A stretch of DNA of 64,000 bases from the IMG/VR virus record IMGVR_UViG_3300045988_009865, positions 1-64,000 of that record; one strand, given 5' to 3'. The stretch's first letter is position 1; each line of letters starts with the position of its first letter. The DNA is from a virus (taxonomy: Duplodnaviria; Heunggongvirae; Uroviricota; Caudoviricetes). Below the pieces are notes generated by a model. The model had not been told where the DNA came from. It saw only the letters and a list, made by a program, of their open reading frames with translations, and did not search any database. The translations under genes and the position numbers were made by a program. Of the stretch, positions 52,029 through 62,147 are shown piece by piece.

Positions 52029-52277
52029 ATGTTTAACAAAAGTAAAGCTGTGAGTCATGTAGCAAAGGTTGACAGCAAGATTGAAGAACTTGAGCGCATT
52101 CTTGCAAATGCCAGAGAGTCAATAATTAAAGAAGTTGAAGCTGTTGAATCTCAAATGCAGCACCTAATGCTCAAACGTCAAGAGTTACGTGAGCATCTGG
52201 AATATATTGAAACACGAGAGCTAAAGGTTAACAGATATTTTAAGGAGTCCGAATGTTTAACTCAAGAGAATCAGTAA
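52029..52277 (+). CDS. hypothetical coiled-coil protein
   Basis: track start is TTG at 52014; ATG 52029 with GAGAGA RBS preferred. Confidence 0.45.
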   Translation: MFNKSKAVSHVAKVDSKIEELERILANARESIIKEVEAVESQMQHLMLKRQELREHLEYIETRELKVNRYFKESECLTQENQ

Positions 52278-53008
52278 AAAACTGGAATCTTCGTTGCGGA
52301 AACACCCAAAAGCAACCTTACAGTGATGAGTATTGGGAATCTTTGAAATCCCAGTCTCTGTGTATGCTTGAAGAAGCAAAAGAGCTTGTAAAAGCAATTG
52401 AAGAGAAAGACCCCATTGAGACACTGGATGCTCAGGCAGATTTGCAATATGTTCTTGACGGTCTAATTTATCTGTCACAACATGACCACAATGGCGCTAT
52501 GGAAGCTGTTTGCCATAATAATGACCTGAAGTATACAGACGACTATGAAGAAGCTTTAAAACGTCTTGCAGATGTTGAGAAGCGTACTGGTCAAGAGTGT
52601 GTTATCAGAATGTCAGTAGTTGATGGTAAAGAGTGGTATGCAATTGTTCGTGCAGCCGATGGGAAGATTATGAAGCAATCAAATCTCCCTAAAGTACAGC
52701 TTGGTGAATACATTGTAGAGCTTGAAAGCCAAGAACTTTTTGTGGTAGTATCTGAGACATGCGTTATCTGCAAAGGTATTGTAGGTAGCTTAAAGGATTT
52801 GGGTGTAGATGGTTTTGTAGAAGTTAATCCAATTACCTCTAAAGCAGATAAAGATTTCTGTAAAGAGAATGGACTATGGATTGCAGATATTGTCTACTAC
52901 GATGGTGAGCAGTTCCATGTAACCTCATACCCGAAACTGAATTATGATGCTAATAACCTGAAGTGCTGGTTAAAAGGGGTTGGTTATAATGGATTCACAG
53001 AACATTAA
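52253..53008 (+). CDS. hypothetical protein
   Basis: 251-aa ORF. Confidence 0.5.
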   Translation: MFNSRESVKNWNLRCGNTQKQPYSDEYWESLKSQSLCMLEEAKELVKAIEEKDPIETLDAQADLQYVLDGLIYLSQHDHNGAMEAVCHNNDLKYTDDYEEALKRLADVEKRTGQECVIRMSVVDGKEWYAIVRAADGKIMKQSNLPKVQLGEYIVELESQELFVVVSETCVICKGIVGSLKDLGVDGFVEVNPITSKADKDFCKENGLWIADIVYYDGEQFHVTSYPKLNYDANNLKCWLKGVGYNGFTEH

Positions 53009-53312
53009 TAAAGAAGGTGTGGCTCAGAAGAGCCACTTCTCAAACTACAATATCTCTATGACGGTGTTTATGTATGACCCGTTACTTGAGAAGTATGGTG
53101 AGACTCCAGATACACTTCTGGATAATGAACAAGTTTTAAAAGCAGTTCTGTACAAATACGGGATTGATATTGAGAAAGAGTATTCTTTTGAAATCTGTCA
53201 ACACAGGAATACTTTTGGTAAAGTTGTAATGGCTCCACTCTTCATGGGTGTAGAAAGAACTGACTATGGTTGGTTATATCTAAAAAGAAACTTGGAGAAA
53301 TACCGTGTCTAA
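52980..53312 (+). CDS. hypothetical protein
   Basis: 110-aa ORF, overlapping start. Confidence 0.45.
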   Translation: MVIMDSQNINKEGVAQKSHFSNYNISMTVFMYDPLLEKYGETPDTLLDNEQVLKAVLYKYGIDIEKEYSFEICQHRNTFGKVVMAPLFMGVERTDYGWLYLKRNLEKYRV

Positions 53313-53643
53313 AGCAAAAAAGCTATCTTATGATGACATTATCTCAGGTGCTAAATTAGGTGTTGATAGTATCGGACAAGATGTTAAGCACGGAGACACA
53401 GTTATGTACTGTGATGACCGAAGAGGGAGAAGTGCAATCTTGTTTGGAAGAATTGTTTGCAAGATGCGAGGTAATTACGTTGTTGCAGACATGGATGTGA
53501 ACGTTACACAAAAACTTGAAACACTTATGGATGATAATACATCATCATGGTTCTTCCTGAATTGTATGCACACTTCTTCAGTCACAAAAGTAAGTGATAA
53601 GTTTTACGATATGTGGCAGAATGAGCAAATTTTCAAGATTTAA
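53305..53643 (+). CDS. hypothetical protein
   Basis: 112-aa ORF. Confidence 0.45.
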   Translation: MSKAKKLSYDDIISGAKLGVDSIGQDVKHGDTVMYCDDRRGRSAILFGRIVCKMRGNYVVADMDVNVTQKLETLMDDNTSSWFFLNCMHTSSVTKVSDKFYDMWQNEQIFKI

Positions 53644-53649
53644 ACTAGG

Positions 53650-53671
53650 GAGCCTCTTCGGAGGCTCTTTT
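53650..53671 (+). terminator. rho-independent terminator GAGCCTC-TTCG-GAGGCTC then TTTT
   Basis: perfect 7-bp GC-rich stem, tetraloop, T-run. Confidence 0.7.
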
Positions 53672-53689
53672 CACCTGTAGGATTTAAAA

Positions 53690-55924
53690 ATGATTAAGAC
53701 AATTAAAAAATCAAACGGTACAGTAGTAAGCTTTGACCCAGAAAGACTGAATAAGTGGGCATCATGGGCAGATAAGCGTGGTATTATTTGGTCAGAAGTC
53801 ACTATGGAAGCCATGAAACGTGTCTATGAAGGTTGCACTACAAAAGAGATGCACCAAGCTATGATTGATGTTTGTGTTGATAAACAAACTCAAGAGTACT
53901 CAGACATGGCTGGACGGCTACTTCTAGGGATTATCTACAAAGAAGCCTTTGGAGGCTTTACTAAGGTTCCTACGCTGGTTACCTTCGTTAAAAATATGGA
54001 GAGAGCAGGACTTTGGGAGAAGATGGACTATTCTCAGGAAGAGCTTGAATACCTGCAAGGATACATTGTGCACTCAAAAGATATCTCTTATGGTTATGCA
54101 GTCCTGAAACAGTTCAGAGACAAGTATGGTATCCGTGATATTAAAACGGGAAGACTTTTTGAGTCACCACAGTTTATGTTTATGGGTATGGCTATGAAAG
54201 CCTTTGAGAAGCAACCAAAGCACCGTAGACTGCAAGATGTTATCAAGCTATACACTTACCTATCTGACCTTAAGATTAATGCTCCTACGCCTTATCTGAA
54301 TGGTTTAAGAGCTACTAAATCAGGTTATGCGTCATGCTGTTTGATTAAAGCAAACGACACTGCTGAGTCACTTGGTATTGCTGCAAAGGTTGCTTATGAT
54401 ATGACCACAAAGCAAGCTGGTATTGGTATGCTGATGGAGACTCGCACTATTGGTGATGGTATCCGTCAAAACACTATCGAACACATGGGTAAACTACCTT
54501 ATTACAAGCTTGTACGTTCATCTGTAGAGGCAAACAAACAGAAGAGCCGTGGTGGTTCAGCTAACAACTTCTACACCGCTCTAGACCCGCAGATTGAAGA
54601 TTTACTGCGTTTGAAGCACCCTACAACGGTTCCTTCGAAACGTATTAACGAGATGGACTACTCATTTGGTACAAATGATTATTTCTGGCAGTGTGTTCAA
54701 TATGATACAGACTGGTTGCTATTCTCTTACAAGGATGCACCAAAGCTCTATGACATGTTCTACACAGCATCTGCTGATGAGTTTGCTATGGCAGTTGGTC
54801 ATGCAGTACATTCAGGTGTTAAGCACAGACGGGTGAAGGCTCGTGAAATTGCTAAACTGTTTATCCAGCAGCGTTATGCAACAGGCCGTGTGTATCCATT
54901 CTTCACAAATAATGCAAACACACATACACCATTTAAAGAGCCTTTGAAGATGTCAAACCTTTGTATGGAAATTGTGTTGCCAGTGTACGGCTTTGAGAAA
55001 GAGACAGACCTTTACAGAGATGATGCTGTGAAAGAGGATGGTGAGGTAGCTCTTTGCTTCCTAGCTAGTTTGGTTGCAGGGAGAATTTCAGAAGATGAAT
55101 ACGCTGACGTTGCTTATTATGCTCTTGCAATGGTTGACTCCGTTATTGACCTTATGGATTATCCGTATCCGTCAATGCGTAACCATGTTCAGAAGCGTCG
55201 TTCTGTTGGTATTGGCCTTACAAATGTGGCTCATTACCTTGCAAAAAACTACGTGAACTACTCTTCAAGAGCAGGTAAGACGAAGCTTCATGAGCTTGCT
55301 GAAATGCACTCTTACTACTTACACGAAGCTTCTTTAAGACTTGCTAAAGAACGTGGTGTACCTGAGTATATGAAGTTCACTAAGTATCCTGAAGGTTGGG
55401 TTCCTCCGAAGACAGCTAACAGGAAGATTGATGAGAAGCATGATGCAAAACTTCGTTATGATTGGGATGACTTAGCACAACGTATTAAAGAAAATGGTGG
55501 AATCCGTAACTCTGTATTAGAAGCTTACATGCCTAATGAGAGTTCTTCACTGGCAACTAATACGACAAATGGCTTGTATCCAATTCGTGACTTTATTTTA
55601 ACTAAAAAGTCTGCAACTGGTAACGTGCTGTTTATTGTTCCAGATTATGAAGAGTTGAAGTATGTCTATGAAATTGCTTGGGATATTGACACCTTTGACC
55701 TGATTGATTGTTATGCAATTGTTCAAAAGTTCACTGGTCAAGCTATCTCTTCAGATTTCTATGTTGACTACGCAAAAGCTAAGAAGGTATCATTGGCTCA
55801 AGCTTTGAAGTACATGATTTATGCCAACTCAGTAGGTATGAAAACCATGTACTACCTTAACAGTCGCATTGGTGTAGGTAAATCTGCACTACAAGATGCT
55901 TATTGCGAGGGTTGTGGTGTTTAG
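53690..55924 (+). CDS. nrdA: ribonucleotide reductase class Ia large subunit
   Basis: 744 aa; N-terminal ATP-cone-like region; C-terminal Cys pair (YCEGCGV); followed by nrdB. Confidence 0.85.
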   Translation: MIKTIKKSNGTVVSFDPERLNKWASWADKRGIIWSEVTMEAMKRVYEGCTTKEMHQAMIDVCVDKQTQEYSDMAGRLLLGIIYKEAFGGFTKVPTLVTFVKNMERAGLWEKMDYSQEELEYLQGYIVHSKDISYGYAVLKQFRDKYGIRDIKTGRLFESPQFMFMGMAMKAFEKQPKHRRLQDVIKLYTYLSDLKINAPTPYLNGLRATKSGYASCCLIKANDTAESLGIAAKVAYDMTTKQAGIGMLMETRTIGDGIRQNTIEHMGKLPYYKLVRSSVEANKQKSRGGSANNFYTALDPQIEDLLRLKHPTTVPSKRINEMDYSFGTNDYFWQCVQYDTDWLLFSYKDAPKLYDMFYTASADEFAMAVGHAVHSGVKHRRVKAREIAKLFIQQRYATGRVYPFFTNNANTHTPFKEPLKMSNLCMEIVLPVYGFEKETDLYRDDAVKEDGEVALCFLASLVAGRISEDEYADVAYYALAMVDSVIDLMDYPYPSMRNHVQKRRSVGIGLTNVAHYLAKNYVNYSSRAGKTKLHELAEMHSYYLHEASLRLAKERGVPEYMKFTKYPEGWVPPKTANRKIDEKHDAKLRYDWDDLAQRIKENGGIRNSVLEAYMPNESSSLATNTTNGLYPIRDFILTKKSATGNVLFIVPDYEELKYVYEIAWDIDTFDLIDCYAIVQKFTGQAISSDFYVDYAKAKKVSLAQALKYMIYANSVGMKTMYYLNSRIGVGKSALQDAYCEGCGV

Positions 55925-55979
55925 TTTTAATAACTATGAGGGTCGTAAAAGACCCTCTAAAATTAACTTTGGAGAAACT

Positions 55980-56237
55980 ATGAAAGACCTAATAGAAAAA
56001 CATGAGAGGCCAATATACTTATTCTACAAACCCCGCAAAACATTATACTACGTGAGCAGCACAGGCATCATGATAAAGCAGAATGATGACTTATGGGTCA
56101 CTGGAGCCTCTTACATCTCTACAGCAGATGGTAAAATCTACGCAAGACCTTATGAGATGTTCAATGAAGAAAATTGGGAAGTTTTAGACAGAAAACAAGC
56201 CTTAGAGATGATAAAGAAAGGAGAAATCACGCTATGA
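55980..56237 (+). CDS. hypothetical protein between nrdA and nrdB
   Basis: ATG 55980 with GGAGA RBS preferred over track start 55896 inside nrdA. Confidence 0.4.
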   Translation: MKDLIEKHERPIYLFYKPRKTLYYVSSTGIMIKQNDDLWVTGASYISTADGKIYARPYEMFNEENWEVLDRKQALEMIKKGEITL

Positions 56238-57307
56238 TTAACCAACACCCAATCTTTTTAGGTGGTGAGAGAAAAACATTCGACTCACTTAATAAGCACT
56301 ACCCAAAAATCTTTGAGCTATATAAACAACAAAAAGCACAAGACTGGTCAGAAGATGAGTTCCCTTTTGAACAATCACGCCTTGATTTTGAGAGTGTACC
56401 AGCATCAATGTCAGGTGTAATGCTTGAGATTCTTAAGTGGCAGTGGGAAGCAGATACCCAAGTTGCTAAGAGTCTAGCGTTTGCCTTTGCGCCATTCATC
56501 TCTGATGACATTTATGCAACTGCAATTATGAAGCAGTCTGAGATTGAAAACCTACATGCTCTTACTTACTCGGAGATTGTCAGACAATGTATTAAAAATC
56601 CTGAAACAATCTTAGATGAGATTAACCAGAACATTGCTGTACAAGACCGATTAAAAACTGTGAATCGTGTTCTTGAAGAATTACTAGATGAAGGCATAAA
56701 CTATCGTCTGAGTTATGTCCGTGACTCGCTTCTGGACAAAGACCCTTTACACTTCCATAAAGTGATTCTAAAAGGTCTATTTGCAGTGACTGCACTTGAA
56801 GGCATTTCTTTTATGGCATCCTTTGCATGTACTTTTGCACTTGATGCTCAAGATAAATTTCAAGGTATTGCTCAAGCTGTCCAGAAAATTATGCTTGACG
56901 AAATCCTTCACACTAAAATTGATATTGAAGTTTTAAAAGAAACTTTAAGAGATGATGAGTGGCAAAAAGCTTTCCAACAAATTCTTCCAGAGATTAAAGT
57001 AATCTTAGATGAAGTAGTTGAAAGTGAAGAGAAATGGTCGTATTATATCTTCTCCGAAGGACGTGCTGTAGTTGGGTTAAATACAAAGCTTCTTCATGAG
57101 TGGGTTTACTATAATGCTGCCCCACTGTATGATATGTTTGGCATTCCCAGAGATTTTGTAGCTCCTAAAGAACCACCTTTGAAGTATATGATTAAGAAGA
57201 TGGAAATTGATAAAGAGCAGAATGCTAATCAGGAGCAACAGAACGGTGCGTATTTATTGAATACTGTTGTAGATGATTTGAATAGTGGATTTTTAGAGGT
57301 TCCTTAA
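56234..57307 (+). CDS. nrdB: ribonucleotide reductase class Ia small subunit
   Basis: about 357 aa from ATG 56234 (AAAGGAG RBS); di-iron ligand-like E/H pattern; ATGA coupling with upstream gene. Confidence 0.8.
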   Translation: MINQHPIFLGGERKTFDSLNKHYPKIFELYKQQKAQDWSEDEFPFEQSRLDFESVPASMSGVMLEILKWQWEADTQVAKSLAFAFAPFISDDIYATAIMKQSEIENLHALTYSEIVRQCIKNPETILDEINQNIAVQDRLKTVNRVLEELLDEGINYRLSYVRDSLLDKDPLHFHKVILKGLFAVTALEGISFMASFACTFALDAQDKFQGIAQAVQKIMLDEILHTKIDIEVLKETLRDDEWQKAFQQILPEIKVILDEVVESEEKWSYYIFSEGRAVVGLNTKLLHEWVYYNAAPLYDMFGIPRDFVAPKEPPLKYMIKKMEIDKEQNANQEQQNGAYLLNTVVDDLNSGFLEVP

Positions 57308-57549
57308 TGACTTATGTAATTTACTCCAAAACTGGATGCCCTCAGTGTGAGACTGCAAAGAATTTTGCGAAAGCTCGTGGTATTGACCATGTTGTGAGAA
57401 TGTTAGGGCAGGATTATGAACTGTCAGACCTGATGGATATTGCACAGATGCCAGTTCGTCAGATGCCATTCATCATGAAAACTGATGGTCAAAATCTAAA
57501 ACCTGTTGGAACGCTACAGAATTTTATGGCAGAGGTGAACAATGCTTAA
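57307..57549 (+). CDS. glutaredoxin-like protein
   Basis: 80 aa with CPQC active site near N-terminus. Confidence 0.7.
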   Translation: MTYVIYSKTGCPQCETAKNFAKARGIDHVVRMLGQDYELSDLMDIAQMPVRQMPFIMKTDGQNLKPVGTLQNFMAEVNNA

Positions 57550-57748
57550 ACGCCTTTGGGAAGGTTTGGTTGTTGATGCACCAGCCATTGTGATTGGTAT
57601 GCTTGTTGTTAACCTATTTACTGATTTTGAACAAGGTTCATTGTTTGGAGCCATGTTACTATGGGTTATCTTTGAAATATTAGAGATACAGCTAGGCATT
57701 ACTGAAAAACTAAGAAAACTTGTTTCGAAGTTTTCTAAAAAGATTTAA
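57542..57748 (+). CDS. small membrane protein
   Basis: 68 aa, hydrophobic. Confidence 0.4.
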   Translation: MLKRLWEGLVVDAPAIVIGMLVVNLFTDFEQGSLFGAMLLWVIFEILEIQLGITEKLRKLVSKFSKKI

Positions 57749-57755
57749 AATGAAA

Positions 57756-57777
57756 GGGTCTCTTCGGAGACCTTTTT
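57756..57777 (+). terminator. rho-independent terminator GGGTCTC-TTCG-GAGACC then TTTTT
   Basis: GC-rich stem, tetraloop, T-run. Confidence 0.7.
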
Positions 57778-57796
57778 AGCATGTAAAGGGGCAATA

Positions 57797-59941
57797 ATGA
57801 ACAAAGTACAGATTATTAAAAAGAACGGCTCACTTGAAGAACCTGATATCAAAAAAGTTTTAGCAGCAGTAACTAAGTCAGCTAACAGGGTTGGGTATAA
57901 AGAACTCCCACCAGATGTTACCCAAGCTCTTGAGTCAGCATTTATGAGGATTCTGGTAAAGTCCACTAAGCAGAATAATTTACTCATCTCGGTAAATGAT
58001 ATTCACAGCATCGTTGAAGGTGCTTTGGCAGAAGTCAATCACGAGATTTATGAGTCTTACTCAACATACAGAAATTACCGTAAAGAGGTTGCTCAAAATT
58101 GGGATGAGCTTTACCAAAAGACTAAAGACACACTCTTCTTAGGTGACCGTGAAAACGCTAACTTTGACAGTAGTTTAATTTCTACAAAAGGCTCAATTAT
58201 TCGTGGTTACCTGACTAAAGAAATCTTTAAACAGTACCATTTAACACCAGAGGAACTTGAAGCCATTGAAAAAGGGTTTATCTATATCCATGACTTAAGA
58301 GACCTAATTTTTGGTGGTATCAACTGTTGCCTGTTTGACATTGGTAAAGTACTGAAAGGTGGCTTTGAAATGTCTGGCATCGAATACTGTGAACCGAAAT
58401 CTGTACTGTCAGCCTTACAGGTTATCGGTGATGTAGTTCTTTCAGCAACTGCACAGCAATTTGGTGGTTTTACTTTAGCAGAGATTGATAAGGTGCTTGT
58501 ACCGTATGCTAAGAAGTCTCTACGATATCATGCTGAGAAAGCAGCATCTTACGGTATTCCTAAAGAACATTACCACAATTATGTCATGGAGCAGCTACAG
58601 CTTGAATTAACTCAGGGTTTCCAGTCACTCGAAATGAAACTAAATACTGTACCTTGTAGCCGTGGTGATTTCGCATTTACAACTTTGACATTCGGATTAC
58701 TTGACTCAGATATGTCTAATGAAGACAACCGACTGCAATATATGATTGCAAACACCATTCTTGATGTTCGCATGAATGGACAAGGTAAGAGTAAGAAGCC
58801 TGTTGTATTCCCTAAACTGGTTTATATTCATGACCAGAAGAGACACGATGAGAATATCTGTCAAGGCCAACTGTACAGCAAAGCTATTGAGTGTTGCTCT
58901 AAAGCTATGTATCCAGATTTCTTAAGTGTATCTGGTCATGGTGCTGTAGCAGAGGCTTTTGAGCGTTCTGGCAAGGTAATTTCACCGATGGGTTGCAGAG
59001 CTTTCTTGTCTCCATATCTTAATGAGGATGGGGAAGAGTTCTACGTTGGTCGTGCTAACATTGGTGCTGTATCTTTGAACTTACCAATGATTTACCAGTA
59101 TTCTAAAGAGAATGGTTTAGATTTCTGGAAAGAGCTTGATAAGTACCTAGAAATGATTCGCAGCTTCCATAAGAAACGTTATGAAATGATTGCCAATATG
59201 CCAGCAAGTTCTAACCCTCTTGCATTCACACAAGGCGGTCTGTATAAAGGGACTAAGAAGCCTACTGACAAGGTTGGTTGGGATATTGTGAAGTCCTTCA
59301 CAGCTTCTTTTGGGGTTACTGCTCTTGATGAGTTATCTGTTCTTGCTGAAGGTAAACGACTTCATGAAGTTGGAAGTTCTAGTTTTGCATACGATGTTCT
59401 AGCATACATTAACATGAAAACTGAAGAGTTTAAGAATGAAGATGGCTTCCTGTATGCAGTATATGGCACTCCAGCAGAGTCATTGTGTGGAACTCAGCTA
59501 AAACAGTTCAGAGATATGTTTGGTGTTATTAAAGGCGTTTCTGACAAGGAATACTTTACAAACAGTTTCCATATGAATGTTGCAGCAAACATCTCACCAT
59601 TTGAGAAGCAGGACTTAGAAGAGCCATTCTTCCATATCTGTAGAGGTGGCAGAATCCAGTATGTAAGGGTAGCTAACCCAGAAAACTTACCAGCACTTAA
59701 AAGTTGTATTACCAGAGGTATGTTGAAAGGTTTTTATCAGGGACTTAACTTTGACTTAGCAATCTGCGAACATTGTGGCAACAGACCAAAGGCTGATGTT
59801 GAAGAATGTGAGGTTTGCCATTCACATGACATCTCTGTGATTAACAGAGTGTGTGGGTATCTTGGGTGGACTAAGATTAAAGGTGAATCCCGAATGAATG
59901 ATGCAAAAATTGCTGAGATTCGTGACAGGGTTTCTATGTAA
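57797..59941 (+). CDS. nrdD: anaerobic ribonucleoside-triphosphate reductase (class III)
   Basis: 714 aa; C-terminal Cys cluster CEHCGN...CEVCHS and glycyl-radical motif RVCGYLG. Confidence 0.8.
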   Translation: MNKVQIIKKNGSLEEPDIKKVLAAVTKSANRVGYKELPPDVTQALESAFMRILVKSTKQNNLLISVNDIHSIVEGALAEVNHEIYESYSTYRNYRKEVAQNWDELYQKTKDTLFLGDRENANFDSSLISTKGSIIRGYLTKEIFKQYHLTPEELEAIEKGFIYIHDLRDLIFGGINCCLFDIGKVLKGGFEMSGIEYCEPKSVLSALQVIGDVVLSATAQQFGGFTLAEIDKVLVPYAKKSLRYHAEKAASYGIPKEHYHNYVMEQLQLELTQGFQSLEMKLNTVPCSRGDFAFTTLTFGLLDSDMSNEDNRLQYMIANTILDVRMNGQGKSKKPVVFPKLVYIHDQKRHDENICQGQLYSKAIECCSKAMYPDFLSVSGHGAVAEAFERSGKVISPMGCRAFLSPYLNEDGEEFYVGRANIGAVSLNLPMIYQYSKENGLDFWKELDKYLEMIRSFHKKRYEMIANMPASSNPLAFTQGGLYKGTKKPTDKVGWDIVKSFTASFGVTALDELSVLAEGKRLHEVGSSSFAYDVLAYINMKTEEFKNEDGFLYAVYGTPAESLCGTQLKQFRDMFGVIKGVSDKEYFTNSFHMNVAANISPFEKQDLEEPFFHICRGGRIQYVRVANPENLPALKSCITRGMLKGFYQGLNFDLAICEHCGNRPKADVEECEVCHSHDISVINRVCGYLGWTKIKGESRMNDAKIAEIRDRVSM

Positions 59942-59943
59942 AA

Positions 59944-59955
59944 CTTGACAAGGTG
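59944..59955 (+). promoter_or_regulatory. third copy of 12-mer CTTGACAAGGTG
   Basis: identical to 1914..1925 and 44192..44203; immediately after nrdD stop and forming 5' arm of a hairpin. Confidence 0.35.
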
Positions 59956-59989
59956 GTGTGAGTCTTGATAGGCTTACATCACCTTTTTT
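59951..59989 (+). terminator. hairpin AGGTG...CACCT with large loop then TTTTTT
   Basis: after nrdD; stem overlaps the CTTGACAAGGTG motif. Confidence 0.45.
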
Positions 59990-60095
59990 ATTGGATGTTA
60001 GATATGGCAGAGAGCATCATTGGCCTGTTCATAGGTTCTGTCTTACTGGGGTTCTTTTTAGGACTCTCTTATTGTGAGTTGAGAGATAAGTTAAA

Positions 60096-60296
60096 ATGTT
60101 TAAAATATCAAAAACGTTGATATACATACTTCACATTCTAATCTTCTTTTTTGGAGTTAGTGTTATGGTATGGGGTTTTTCAGACCCACAATGGAGTTTC
60201 GCATATCATGGTCAGATGGATTTATGGTCATGCTTCAAACCATTTTTAGGGTTAGCTATAGCATTCAGTGCATTACCAACTAAGGTGAAATTATGA
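60096..60296 (+). CDS. small membrane protein
   Basis: 66 aa, two hydrophobic segments. Confidence 0.4.
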   Translation: MFKISKTLIYILHILIFFFGVSVMVWGFSDPQWSFAYHGQMDLWSCFKPFLGLAIAFSALPTKVKL

Positions 60297-60688
60297 TTAA
60301 GTTGAGCAAAAAACAGTTAGAGTGGATTAAAGATTACGCCTCAGAGTGTGGCTCTTGCGAAAAGAATCACGTAAGATACTCAACATTCCATACAACCTTC
60401 ACATTGTACATCAGTGACAACGTTCTAAGTGATTCCATAGAAGATGGTGTAGCGTTGCCTAATGAATTGCTTGACAAATTAGCTGTAGTCACTGGAACTT
60501 GGTCTGAAGAAGACGGTCATGAATTATCTGACGATGTTGTCTTCTACAGTCTTGAAAATATTATGAATCCAGAGTACATCATGCTAATGACTTGTGCACA
60601 AGACTGTGTTCCATTACAAAACTTCATTAAAGAGCACTGTGAGGAGTTTATTACTAAACAGGTTCCTTGTCAGGTAGTGTTTGAATGA
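60293..60688 (+). CDS. hypothetical protein
   Basis: 131-aa ORF, ATGA overlap. Confidence 0.45.
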   Translation: MIKLSKKQLEWIKDYASECGSCEKNHVRYSTFHTTFTLYISDNVLSDSIEDGVALPNELLDKLAVVTGTWSEEDGHELSDDVVFYSLENIMNPEYIMLMTCAQDCVPLQNFIKEHCEEFITKQVPCQVVFE

Positions 60689-60723
60689 GTAAAACAATTA
60701 AATAATATTGGTGAGGTAACTAG

Positions 60724-61209
60724 ATGAATTACATGGAGATTCGACCATTTGACACAGCTAATGGTGAAGGGGTTCGTGTAAGCCTCTTCGTAGCTGGTTG
60801 TAAACATCACTGTGAAGGCTGCTTTAACAGGGAGTCTTGGAAGTTTAATGCTGGTAAAGAGTTTACTTATGCAAACCTCTACGGCATCATTAAGTTAATG
60901 GATGATAAGGCCATTAGTGGGTTGTCAATACTTGGTGGAGAGCCTCTTGATGATAGAAACATTCAAGAGGTCACCAACATATGTAAACGTATTAAAACTG
61001 TTTACCCAGAAAAATCTATCTGGCTCTGGACAGGTTTTCAGTTACACGAAAAAATCCACCTAGATGTGATGAAATATGTTGACGTGGTGATTGATGGTAA
61101 GTATGATTCATCTAAACCAACAGTTAAACCATATCGTGGTTCTGATAACCAAAACCTCTGGAGAAAAGAGTATGGGTGGCAAGGTGATTGTCAATGGCGA
61201 GCAGAGTGA
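60724..61209 (+). CDS. nrdG: anaerobic ribonucleotide reductase activating protein (radical SAM)
   Basis: CKHHCEGC (CxxxCxxC) cluster near N-terminus; 161 aa. Confidence 0.75.
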   Translation: MNYMEIRPFDTANGEGVRVSLFVAGCKHHCEGCFNRESWKFNAGKEFTYANLYGIIKLMDDKAISGLSILGGEPLDDRNIQEVTNICKRIKTVYPEKSIWLWTGFQLHEKIHLDVMKYVDVVIDGKYDSSKPTVKPYRGSDNQNLWRKEYGWQGDCQWRAE

Positions 61210-61246
61210 ATCTCGTCGTAAAATTGGCTACGGGAAAGGTGAGATA

Positions 61247-61549
61247 ATGATTATCTCTTTTAATAGTGCTTTATTAGGCACTTATAAGGTTAAGACCGAA
61301 CTCCTTGATGAGTGGAAAAAGTATACAAACTCACTTTTCGGTAATGTTGGGATGGAAGCCTTAGCAGAGATTGAGAAGGCTGGAACATTCGAAGTTGTTG
61401 GTAAAGGCCACTTTACAATGTTCTACAAAACAAATTTAAACGTTGGTGACAGTGTTGTTGGTGTCACTGAAGAAGAACTCAAAACATTTTGTGAAAAGAT
61501 TGAGAGAGATACTAAATGGGAATCTGGAATAGTTTTAAATCAAAAGTAA
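61247..61549 (+). CDS. hypothetical protein
   Basis: ATG 61247 preferred over track start 61091 inside nrdG. Confidence 0.4.
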   Translation: MIISFNSALLGTYKVKTELLDEWKKYTNSLFGNVGMEALAEIEKAGTFEVVGKGHFTMFYKTNLNVGDSVVGVTEEELKTFCEKIERDTKWESGIVLNQK

Positions 61550-61773
61550 AAGCAGCACTGGCATCACTAGGTATGCTTACTGGTGTTGACGTGACTCATC
61601 TCATGCAGAACTTCAAGATGGATGAGAAACTAGCTAATGAGATTATGAAAAGCATCTATGTAGGTCGTGGCAAAGGTGGTAAAAAACAAGCACATCGACC
61701 AACTGGTGCAGCAGCAATTAAACGTGCAGCTAAGAAAGCTCGTAACCGTAAACGTAACAAGAAGGCTAAATAA
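61516..61773 (+). CDS. hypothetical protein with basic C-terminus
   Basis: 85 aa; KRAAKKARNRKRNKKAK tail. Confidence 0.4.
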   Translation: MGIWNSFKSKVKAALASLGMLTGVDVTHLMQNFKMDEKLANEIMKSIYVGRGKGGKKQAHRPTGAAAIKRAAKKARNRKRNKKAK

Positions 61774-61775
61774 TC

Positions 61776-62096
61776 ATGAACAAAGTTTATAATACTCGTA
61801 AATTACAGATTTTCGTACTGTGCCAGTTTATGGCTAAAGAGTATAACTACTACTATTGTGGTACAGGGTTCATTAGTGACAATGACGGCTCATATCTACC
61901 ATTTAAAGAGGCTGTAAAACTCTTCAATGAAGAGAAAAGCTCTAAGAAAGATATTGAAAAGGTTAAGCTAACCTACAGCAAGAAAGATAAGAAGATTATC
62001 TGCCTAGATAACTTTGTAAAAGTTACTGGAGAAGCAAAAGAGTTTATGGATGAGAGTGAAATCTCATTTACAAGCATCTTGAAAGTAGCTCAGTAA
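61776..62096 (+). CDS. hypothetical protein
   Basis: 106-aa ORF. Confidence 0.45.
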   Translation: MNKVYNTRKLQIFVLCQFMAKEYNYYYCGTGFISDNDGSYLPFKEAVKLFNEEKSSKKDIEKVKLTYSKKDKKIICLDNFVKVTGEAKEFMDESEISFTSILKVAQ

Positions 62097-62109
62097 ACAG
62101 ATACTATAA

Positions 62110-62134
62110 GGGGACTGTAAAGGTTCCCTTTTTA
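62110..62134 (+). terminator. hairpin AGGGGAC-TGTAAA-GGTTCCC then TTTTT
   Basis: imperfect stem plus T-run. Confidence 0.45.
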
Positions 62135-62147
62135 TTTTGGAGATAAT